This document shows positions 8,274-16,086 of a DNA stretch of 64,000 bases, piece by piece. The notes below the pieces were generated by a model. That model was not told where the DNA came from. It did no database searches and saw only the letters and a list, made by a program, of their open reading frames with translations. Position numbers and translations under genes: made by a program. How positions within the stretch are numbered: position 1 is the first letter of the stretch; every line of letters starts with the position of its first letter. The DNA lies in NCBI GenBank assembly GCA_965247955.1, contig OZ252042.1:1968323-2032322 (forward strand). The letters are read 5' to 3'. Source of the stretch: Vicinamibacterales bacterium. Lineage in GTDB: Bacteria; Acidobacteriota; Vicinamibacteria; Vicinamibacterales; UBA8438.

Positions 8274-8561
8274 TCACGACGCCTCGCGCTGGGCGCTGGC
8301 GGCGTGCCAGAGGTCGTACTGGGCCTGGAGGTTCATCCAGATCTCGGCGTCGGTTTTCAAGAGCTTCGCTAGCCGCAGCGCGGTATCAGCGGTCATGCCG
8401 CGCTTCCCCTGGATGAGTTCGTTCAACCGGTTCCTCGATATTCCCATCTGCGCGGCTGCGTCGACCTGGGTGAGTTCGCCCGGTTGCAGGAAGTCCTTCA
8501 GCAGAATCTCCCCGGGGTGGGTCGGTGCCCGATGCTTGGGTCGCATGGTCTTCTCCCTCAC
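8274..8561 (-). CDS. higA: HigA antitoxin (HTH)
   Basis: PGEILLKDFLQP..LTQVDAAAQMGISRNRLNELIQGKRGMTADTALRLAKLL matches the canonical HigA layout. Confidence 0.8.
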   Translation of the reverse strand: MREKTMRPKHRAPTHPGEILLKDFLQPGELTQVDAAAQMGISRNRLNELIQGKRGMTADTALRLAKLLKTDAEIWMNLQAQYDLWHAASAQREAS

Positions 8562-8567
8562 TCTCTC

Positions 8568-8873
8568 CTAGTGGTAGTCCTCACAGTGAACCTCGTTGGC
8601 GTGGCCCGCGTCGAAGCGGAAGGTGATCCGATACTGCCGGTTCACGCGGATGCTGTAGCGGCCCCGCTGGTTGCCCTTGAGGGCTTCCAGGCGATGGACC
8701 ACCAACTGGTCGAGTCGAGACGCGGCGTGGAGATAGTCCAGTCGCCGACGGATGACCGGCCAGAGGTTCCGAGGGAGCCGCCGAGCCGCGGTCGTATTCA
8801 TGCCCTCGAATACGTCCTCGGTCGCGGCATCCCGAAACGACCGAATCACGAATACAGTGTACCACGGTATCAA
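8568..8873 (-). CDS. higB: HigB toxin
   Basis: IRSFRDAATEDVF ... RYSIRVNRQYRITFRF ... V.CEDYH. The true start may be the GTG at about 8846. Confidence 0.8.
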   Translation of the reverse strand: MIPWYTVFVIRSFRDAATEDVFEGMNTTAARRLPRNLWPVIRRRLDYLHAASRLDQLVVHRLEALKGNQRGRYSIRVNRQYRITFRFDAGHANEVHCEDYH

Positions 8874-9037
8874 GGTATGTTATAGGTAGGACAGAGAGGG
8901 TAGGACTACCCAAATCCCGCCCAATCACCCGTGACCAGGCCCGGCGTATGATGACTGGGATCTACGCAATATTTAACTGCACGGTCGCTGCCTCGGGATC
9001 GATCATGCTGACAAAGCAGTAGGGGCGGGCTGGTTCG

Positions 9038-9970
9038 ATGAGCACAGACGAACAGCAGAAACGTGGCGGGTTCATTCCGGTCGGCCAGATGGCGGCGCGG
9101 CTGCCGGGCATCGACGGGCGGACCCGGTCAATGTCGGCAAACACCCGGAACCATTTCACTGTCCTGAAACAGATCGATCAACTCATTGAAGCGTCGGACG
9201 CGGAGCCGGATCTTGGCTTCCTGGCGCGTCTGATGGCGCTATGTAGCCTGCCGCGGACGAATCCGCGCCAGCGGACGCAGTACGTCCGGCGCAACGGGCC
9301 GTACACGCTCTACCTGACGGCGGGCGGCGGAAACAAACTGCCGTACGGGAACATCCCGCGCCTGCTCCTGGCATGGGCCTGTACGGAGGCGGTGCGAACG
9401 CAGCGCCGCGAGCTGGTCCTCGGTCGGTCGTTGTACGAGTTCATGCGCCGCCTCGGCATGGAGGATAGAAGCGGGGGCGTCAACGGGCAGCGGACACGGC
9501 TCCGTAATCAGATGACGCGGCTCTTTCGTTGCACGGTACAGCTCGTGCGGAGCGACGGCGATCACGAAGTCACGGTGTCGTCGCTGATCGCGGACAAGTC
9601 GGAATACTGGTGGCACGCGGCAGAAGGTCCTGATCGGCCGGGGCTGTTCGATTCCACGATCCGCCTCGGGGAAGAATTTTTCAACGAGGTCATCGCGCAC
9701 CCGATCCCGATCGACATGAACACCCTGCGCGCGCCGCTCTGCCTCTCCTGGCGTCAAGTCCTGCGCCAGTTCGGGGCCGATCCGGCGAAAGAGAGCTGTA
9801 AAGAGTCGGCGAAAGACTTCCGCCGGCAATGTCTGCGCGAAATGAAAAAAATTAAACGCGCATGGCCGGACCTGGAATACCGGACGGTCCGGGGTGGACT
9901 CGTCATCGAGCCCTGTCCGCCTCGCATCCCGCCCTCTACTCAGCTCCGTCTCATCGGGGACGGGGAGTAG
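9038..9970 (+). CDS. repA: RepA paralogue with an internal in-frame deletion
   Basis: 310 aa with the same motifs as 4393-5367. It lacks about 23 residues (MKRSSLGLDLYMWLAYRTFTLKR equivalent) between IDMNTLRA and PLCLSW, near nt 9730. Confidence 0.7.
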   Translation: MSTDEQQKRGGFIPVGQMAARLPGIDGRTRSMSANTRNHFTVLKQIDQLIEASDAEPDLGFLARLMALCSLPRTNPRQRTQYVRRNGPYTLYLTAGGGNKLPYGNIPRLLLAWACTEAVRTQRRELVLGRSLYEFMRRLGMEDRSGGVNGQRTRLRNQMTRLFRCTVQLVRSDGDHEVTVSSLIADKSEYWWHAAEGPDRPGLFDSTIRLGEEFFNEVIAHPIPIDMNTLRAPLCLSWRQVLRQFGADPAKESCKESAKDFRRQCLREMKKIKRAWPDLEYRTVRGGLVIEPCPPRIPPSTQLRLIGDGE

Positions 9971-10242
9971 GTCAAGGCAGCTCGTCGACCGCCGCGTCGA
10001 GCGCGCCGGCCGGAATCACCGGCCGGCCATAACTGCCAGCCCAAGCCGCCACGGAAAGCGCCGCTCACCCGAAGGGGCGCCGCGAAGCGGAGCACGGCGC
10101 AGCCGTTGACGGGCGCTGTGAATGGAGGCTCGTCCGGGTCTGAAACACGGCGCTGGCGCGCCGTTCGGCCGTGGGGTGGGTATGTTTGGCCGTCCGGCGC
10201 GCGGTCACCGCTCCTGTGGCCGCGTAGCGGCTCGGATGGGGA

Positions 10243-10350
10243 TTTTCCACAGATCACCTGTGAATCGAGGGGTTTTCCGTCGGTTAAACATCTCCCCCTT
10301 ACGAGGCCGATCTATCGGTTAAACATCTCCCCCTTACGAGGCCGATCTAT
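10243..10350. repeat. ori-like region B: conserved box plus a perfect 35-bp tandem duplication
   Basis: Box TTTTCCACAGATCACCTGTGAATCGAGGGGTTTTCC (10243-10278). Then CGGTTAAACATCTCCCCCTTACGAGGCCGATCTAT twice (10281-10315 and 10316-10350). The repeat core CGGTYAAAC is shared with region A iterons read on the minus strand. Confidence 0.6.
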
Positions 10351-10375
10351 CCATCACGGTCCAGAGCGCTCCGAT

Positions 10376-10560
10376 TCACCGGGCGAGAACCTTCTCGCCT
10401 TGCTCGCGCAACTGGCCCTGCGGCCCGACGTGCCTGTAGAGCGCGTCACGGGGTTGATCCGAGTTCGACGACAGAGATCGGACACGGAAGTGTCGCGGTG
10501 CGCCATCGCGGCCTGGGCCAGCCGCACCTGGGCTTTCGATAGCGCGAACTTCCTGCCGCC
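10376..10560 (-). pseudogene. remnant of a serine resolvase C-terminal HTH, frameshifted
   Basis: Two frames together read GRKFALSKAQVRLAQAAMAHRDTSVSDLCR and ALYRHVGPQGQLREQGEKVL. No catalytic domain is present. Confidence 0.5.
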
Positions 10561-10686
10561 GTGGCGTCCGTGCGCCCGCAACGCCGACGCGCATGAATTC
10601 CTGACAGCACGCCATCAAACCTAGCCATGGCCCGGGGTCCCGCAGCCGCCACTGACCTGCCCTCGGGGCAGGATCAGCGTGCCACG

Positions 10687-11094
10687 TCAATCTCGCCGTT
10701 GGCTAAAGACATAGTCCTGAGCCTCTTGGGGCTGGTGGCAGGAAAAGCAGGCGGTTTCGGCATTCGCACCCACCACCCGAGTGCCGGCGTCACCACCTCC
10801 GAATCCCTCGAAGCCCCAGCCACCCGTCGCCGGATAACGCTCCGAGTCCTTGTGCATCACGCCCAGCACCTTGCGTGCGCCCTCGGTGACCGCGTTGTCC
10901 GCGCGCACCGCCTCCAAGAGGTCGAAGGCAATCACAGCGCCGTCTGGGAAGCGTCCGGCTTGATAGCCGGTGACGGCTTCGTCATTGGCGTAAATGTGGT
11001 GAATGCCGCCGAAGGCCTCGAAGAGGGGATGCCCCTCCTCAATCACCATGCTCTTGATGTGCGACCAGTCACGGTACCCCGTCGGGTAGGGCAC
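10687..11094 (-). CDS. cytochrome P460-family protein
   Basis: CFSCH heme-attachment motif near the C-terminus and overall P460-like sequence. A hydrophobic signal-like segment continues in frame upstream of the first ATG, so the start is uncertain. Confidence 0.7.
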   Translation of the reverse strand: MPYPTGYRDWSHIKSMVIEEGHPLFEAFGGIHHIYANDEAVTGYQAGRFPDGAVIAFDLLEAVRADNAVTEGARKVLGVMHKDSERYPATGGWGFEGFGGGDAGTRVVGANAETACFSCHQPQEAQDYVFSQRRD

Positions 11095-11467
11095 TTCGGA
11101 CTGCCCTTCAACGACAGCGATGGCAGCCGTGACACTGATGGCGGTGAGCAGACGTGCGGCTGGTTTGTAGGTCGCCGCGCAAGGTGGCGATCGCGGTGGT
11201 GAGGTCGCCGCGCACTTTCATTGATACGCTCCTTCCGAGGCTTCGGTTTACCGTCAATCGGCCAACTCGCGTGATCCCCCCTACCCGAACACAACTCACG
11301 CGGGATGTGTTGCAACTTTCGACAAGCGGCAAGAGAGCGCTTGGGACAGCCTGCTCGCGGCGCTCCGTGCCGGTTGAAACCTGCCGCCATTTTCGTGCTC
11401 GTACGTGGCGTGGCTCGACCGCCCTTGACCGACCAAGTTTATCGGATATATACTTCATAGTTAATAA

Positions 11468-11482
11468 TGAGACTCAGTCTCA
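11468..11482. promoter_or_regulatory. palindromic operator candidate (Fur-box-like context)
   Basis: TGAGACT-C-AGTCTCA, a perfect 7-bp inverted repeat embedded in AATAATGAGACTCAGTCTCAATAATA. This is the only AT-rich patch between the divergent P460 and TonB-dependent receptor genes. Confidence 0.3.
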
Positions 11483-11739
11483 ATAATACACGCTCGCTGT
11501 CGCAGTGTGATGCCGTGCACACCTCCCTGCAGAGACGTCGCCTGTCACACACGGTGGAAAGGCTGATGTAGTGATTGAGGCCTGACTGAGGCAAGAAGAC
11601 GCTCGCCGGATGTGGTAGCACCCGGCGAGCTTGAACGAACGCACGGTCCACAGACCTGTCACACGCAACACGCGCGACGACGCTCGTCTTCCGCATTGTA
11701 CCGGCGAGTGGGTGTGGCGCGCAAACCAAGAGGAGCGCC

Positions 11740-14700
11740 ATGACTCACATCGCTCGGCTTCTGCTGTGCTCGACCTTCCTGCTCTCACCCGTCGGATCGA
11801 CGCTCGTGGCGGCGGCTGATGAGCCACTCGGCGTATTGGTCGTGGCCCACGGCTCGACGGCGGCGTGGAACGCCACAGTCGAGGCCGCCGTGACGATCAT
11901 GCAACAACACACGCCATCCCAAGCGGCGTACCTGATGGGGGCAAAGAACCGCACCCCGCAGGAGGCGTACGACGACTTGCTCGCGGCTGGCGTCCAGCGG
12001 GTGGTGATCGTGCCGCTCCTGGTGTCTTCCTATAGCTCCCACTACGAGCAGGTCCGCTTCATTGGGCGCCTGCGCGACGATTACCCGGGCTCCGACTGGA
12101 TGAACCTCACGCCGCTGCACGGGCCGGCTGACGTGGTCGGCGTCACGCCAGCGCTGGATGCCCATCCGATCCTCGCGGACATCCTGTCAGACCGAGCGCG
12201 GGCGCTCAGTCGCGATCCATCCACGGAAAGCCTCGTCATCGTGGCACACGGGCCGAACGGTGACGCGGACGCAGACCGGTGGATGGGCGTGATCCGAGAC
12301 CTTGGCGTCCAGATCCGGTCCCGTGTGCCGTTTCGGGAGATCGACGTCCGCCTCTTGCGGGACGATGCGCCAACACCGGTCAAAGACCAGGCGCTCGCGG
12401 AGTTCAGAGACTCGGTGGCCAGCCGTGCCGCGTCAGGACGCGTCGTTGTCGTGCCGCTCCTGCTCGGGCCGGGCCGCGTCGTCGACCAGATACCCAACGT
12501 ACTCACGGGATTGGAGTACCTCTGGGACGGTCGCCCCGTGCTCCCGGACAGCCGGATCGCTGACTGGGTCATGTCTCAGGTCGAGCGTGTCTCGGCGCAG
12601 CAGGCGGCGACCAGCCAGCAGTCGTCCGAACAGCGGGGGGGCATCCCTCCGGACGCCGCCCTCGTACCCGATACCGCGCAGCCGACTGACGATCCGCTGA
12701 CATTTTTCGAGTCCGTGACCGTCACGGCGACGCTCCGGCCGACACCGGTGCGGGATACCCCAGGCACGGTGACGGTCATCGACAGCGACGTCATACAGCG
12801 GAGGCAGTTCGAGACCTTCGCCGACCTCGTCAAGTACGAACCGGGGGTGTACGTCGAGAACAACGTGACCCGTCTGGGCCTCAACGGCTTCAATATCCGC
12901 GGCATCGGCGGGAATCGTGTCATGACACAGGTGGACGGCGTGCAGACGTCGGAGCAGTTCGACTTCGGCCCGTTCAACGCCCATCAAGTCGGACTCGATC
13001 TCGACGCGTTGCAATCCGTCGAGATCGTGCGGAGCGCGAACTCGGCGCTCTACGGGAGTGATGCCCTCGGCGGCGTCGTGTCGCTGTTCACGAAGGATCC
13101 CACTGACTACCTCCGCGGTCAGCGGTTCCACATCGGCGCCAAGACGACGTGGGATGGTCGCGCGGGCGATATCAGTGGGAACCTCACGCTGGCCGGGGGC
13201 ACCGAGCGGCTCCAAGCGTCGCTCTTTGCCAGCGTCAACCGCGGAAACGAAATCCGCAACAAAGGAACCGTCAAAACCACGGATGCCACCCGGACCGCGG
13301 CGAATCCACAAGACGTCCACAGCCAGCAATTCCTGGGCAAGGTCGTCTTGACAGCCACGCCCGGCAATATATGGCGCGTGGCCGCGGAGGTCTATGACAC
13401 TCGCGTCGACACGGAATGGTTCTCCGACATGGGCGTGACGCGCCTCGGCCCGTTTACCTATCACACGTTGGATTCGAGGGCGGTCGACACGCAGGCCCGC
13501 CTGCGTCTGTCGCTCGATCACACGCTGGTCGACCGGGCCGGCCTCGATCAGTTGTCGTGGCGTGTCTACGGTCAGCGTAACGACACGTCACAGGTCGTCG
13601 ACCGGGAGCGCATGACGTTCGCCTTCGGCCCGCCGACGCACTCGACGCGCCACGAGACGGTCGACTACGCGCAGTCTGGCTACGGCGGCTCGGCCCAGGG
13701 TCAGACGTGGTTGGGCGATCCGGACAACGGCGTGCTGGTCACGTTCGGTGCGAGCCACAAGGCCGACAGATTTGACATCCTGCGCGACCGGAGCGAGGTC
13801 AACCTGCAAACCGGGGCGCCTGTGCCAACGAGCTTGATCTTCCCGACCAAGTACTTCCCCGAGAGCGACGTGGCCGAAGCCGGCTCGTACGTCCAGGCGG
13901 AGATCCGGTTCGGCCGTGTCACGCTCGTGCCCGGGGTGCGGTATGACCACTTCACGCTCGACGCCAACCAGCGTGATCCAGTCTTCATCGCAAGCCTCAA
14001 CCCGGAGCCAGTCGACTTCTCCAACAGCGCCGTCTCGCCGAAGGTGGGCCTGGCGGCGCGGGTGACGGACGTTGTGACCATCCATGCCCAGTACGCGGGC
14101 GGATTTCGGGCGCCGGCCTACAGCGCCATCAACACCGGCTTCACCAATCCGCGCGGCGGCTACACGACGCTGCCGAATGCGCATCTCAGGGCCGAGACCA
14201 GCGACAACATCGAGGTCGGCGTGCGCACCGCGTTCGACCGCGCAAGCATCGGCGTGACCGCCTTCTCGAATCGGTACGATGACTTCATCGAGTCGACCCG
14301 CATCGGACTCAATCCGCGTACCCGGCTGCTTGAATTCCAGAGCCAGAACCTCCAAGAGGCGGAGATCAAGGGCGTTGAGCTGCGCGGTGAAGCGTACCTG
14401 ACCGACAGCGTGATGATTCGCGGGAGCTACGCGCGCATCGACGGCGTCGAGATCTTGAAGGACGCCACCGTCCCGCCACTCGCCGCCGAGACCCCGCTTG
14501 CGTCTATCGCTCCGAATGAAGGCGTGCTCGGCATCCGGTACGCCCACCCCTCCGGCCGCTGGGGCAGCGAGCTGTCGCTCCGGTTGGTCGAGTCGTACCA
14601 GGGTGCCCCTGATGAAGACCAGTTCGCGCCGACCGCCTACCAGGTCGTCGACCTCGTGAGCCACGTCTCGCTCGCGGAGGCGCTCACGTGGCGGTTTGGC

Positions 14701-14832
14701 CTGCTCAACCTGACGGACGCGACGTACTTCGAGTGGTGGAACGTGCGGGGACGTCAGGCGAACGACCCGGTGATCGACCGGTACTCAAGCCCCGGGATCG
14801 GCCTCGTCACCTCCCTGGGGTACGACTGGTAG
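11740..14832 (+). CDS. CbiX/SirB-like chelatase domain fused to a TonB-dependent receptor
   Basis: 1030 aa. Signal peptide. Two CbiX-type halves (GVLVVAHGS...VIVPLLVSS and SLVIVAHGP...VVVVPLLLGPG) in residues about 30-290. Ser/Gln linker. Plug (ESVTVTATLRPT...TVIDSDVIQRRQ). Beta-barrel ending in the aromatic terminus SLGYDW. Confidence 0.85.
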   Translation: MTHIARLLLCSTFLLSPVGSTLVAAADEPLGVLVVAHGSTAAWNATVEAAVTIMQQHTPSQAAYLMGAKNRTPQEAYDDLLAAGVQRVVIVPLLVSSYSSHYEQVRFIGRLRDDYPGSDWMNLTPLHGPADVVGVTPALDAHPILADILSDRARALSRDPSTESLVIVAHGPNGDADADRWMGVIRDLGVQIRSRVPFREIDVRLLRDDAPTPVKDQALAEFRDSVASRAASGRVVVVPLLLGPGRVVDQIPNVLTGLEYLWDGRPVLPDSRIADWVMSQVERVSAQQAATSQQSSEQRGGIPPDAALVPDTAQPTDDPLTFFESVTVTATLRPTPVRDTPGTVTVIDSDVIQRRQFETFADLVKYEPGVYVENNVTRLGLNGFNIRGIGGNRVMTQVDGVQTSEQFDFGPFNAHQVGLDLDALQSVEIVRSANSALYGSDALGGVVSLFTKDPTDYLRGQRFHIGAKTTWDGRAGDISGNLTLAGGTERLQASLFASVNRGNEIRNKGTVKTTDATRTAANPQDVHSQQFLGKVVLTATPGNIWRVAAEVYDTRVDTEWFSDMGVTRLGPFTYHTLDSRAVDTQARLRLSLDHTLVDRAGLDQLSWRVYGQRNDTSQVVDRERMTFAFGPPTHSTRHETVDYAQSGYGGSAQGQTWLGDPDNGVLVTFGASHKADRFDILRDRSEVNLQTGAPVPTSLIFPTKYFPESDVAEAGSYVQAEIRFGRVTLVPGVRYDHFTLDANQRDPVFIASLNPEPVDFSNSAVSPKVGLAARVTDVVTIHAQYAGGFRAPAYSAINTGFTNPRGGYTTLPNAHLRAETSDNIEVGVRTAFDRASIGVTAFSNRYDDFIESTRIGLNPRTRLLEFQSQNLQEAEIKGVELRGEAYLTDSVMIRGSYARIDGVEILKDATVPPLAAETPLASIAPNEGVLGIRYAHPSGRWGSELSLRLVESYQGAPDEDQFAPTAYQVVDLVSHVSLAEALTWRFGLLNLTDATYFEWWNVRGRQANDPVIDRYSSPGIGLVTSLGYDW

Positions 14833-15079
14833 TGGCGGCCAACGAACCAGGTCGGACCGTGAAACGCCTGTCTGACCATCGTCACGAAGGAGAGGCGTGG
14901 GCCAAAGGGTCGGCGCGGGCCGCGTGCGCGCGGCGGCGGCGAGAGAACTGGCGGCTGAAGCTGAAGCGTGAGATCTCGTCAAAAGCCGCGGCCGGGTTCG
15001 AGCATGACCGCAACCGAGACAAGAGCAGTCATGGTGAAACTCTTCGCCGCGCGCGGACGGCTCCGATGATCTCCAGAGG

Positions 15080-15885
15080 GGCATTGTCAAGTTGACGAAA
15101 AGAAGGCGTGACGATCCCGGGACAGCTCGTTCTGCGTCATGGTCTAGCAGGCACACGTCACCTCATTCCAGACGCGAAACGAGCGCGTTCTGAGTGAGCG
15201 ATGGTGAACCGCCCGGAGCAGATGGCGGCCGACACGAAAGAGATTCTGTACGACGCCGTGTACCGATGCGAACCGTTGCAGTTGGGCGGCCGACTTGAAC
15301 CGACGCATCTGGCGCTCCCGGTGGCGGGTCGGCTGATGCGAGACCTCTGCTCGATTGTTTTCGTACTGCCGGGTACTGTGGATCACGGAGGGCATCTCGG
15401 TGCGGTGCGCCGCCGAGTAGCTGCGTAGCTTGTCCGTGATCAGCCGGCGAGGCTCGCGCCCCTGTCCTTTCAATAGCTTGCGGAAGAACCGTGTGGCCGC
15501 TCGCCGATTGCGGCCGGACTGGACGAGGATGTCGATGACATCGCCGTCCTCGTCCACGGCTCGCCAGAGATACTGCTGCTGACCCTGAATCTTCACGAAG
15601 ACTTCGTCGAGATACCAGGTGTCGCCCATGCGGCCCCGGTTGCGGCGCAATCGCCGCGCGTAGTCGAGGCCGAACGTCCGACACCACTGCCGAATCGCCT
15701 CATACGTCACGGTGATCCCCCGTTCGGCGAGGAGATCCTCGACATCCCGGAAACTCAGGGCGAACCGGTAGTAGAGCCAGACGGCGTGACTGATGATTTC
15801 AGGGGGAAAGCGGTACCGGCGGTAGCTGGGCGGCTGGCTCGTCATCCACCTACTCTGCCATCCGCCGCTTCAACTTGACAGCGCC
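15080..15885. mobile_element. IS6-family insertion sequence
   Basis: 806 bp. Terminal inverted repeats GGCATTGTCAAGTTGA (15080-15095) and TCAACTTGACAGCGCC (15870-15885), 14/16 matched. Single transposase ORF. No flanking 8-bp duplication. Confidence 0.85.
15144..15845 (-). CDS. IS6-family transposase
   Basis: 233 aa. YRRYRFPPEIISHAVWLYYRF.LSFRDVEDLLAERGI and DKLRSY motifs are typical of IS26/IS6 transposases. Confidence 0.9.
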   Translation of the reverse strand: MTSQPPSYRRYRFPPEIISHAVWLYYRFALSFRDVEDLLAERGITVTYEAIRQWCRTFGLDYARRLRRNRGRMGDTWYLDEVFVKIQGQQQYLWRAVDEDGDVIDILVQSGRNRRAATRFFRKLLKGQGREPRRLITDKLRSYSAAHRTEMPSVIHSTRQYENNRAEVSHQPTRHRERQMRRFKSAAQLQRFASVHGVVQNLFRVGRHLLRAVHHRSLRTRSFRVWNEVTCAC

Positions 15886-16070
15886 TGCACCAGTGTTATC
15901 GAGCGGTCGGACCCTCCCGTGCGTTCGGCTAGTAGTTCCCGCGTGCCGTCCGTCGATCCGTCATCGACCACGACGATCTGCGCATCAGGATCGATGGCAC
16001 CGACACGATCCAACACCTCCAGGACGGTCGCACGTTCGTTGAAGACCGGAATAATGATTGTCAGCTGCAT
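15886..16070 (-). pseudogene. family-2 glycosyltransferase, N-terminal about 60 aa only, truncated by IS6
   Basis: MQLTIIIPVFNE...IVVVDDGSTDGT, then the reading frame runs into the IS6 inverted repeat. No continuation is found on the other side of the IS. Confidence 0.7.
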
Positions 16071-16086
16071 GTAAGTCCAATGCTGG

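Noticed and set aside
11488-11739. Cobalamin or other riboswitch in the 250-nt leader of the CbiX-receptor gene.
   Set aside because: I could not find the conserved B12-box or GGGAA/GCCACTG core elements. Only a generic 9-bp hairpin is visible. An Rfam scan would be needed before making any claim.
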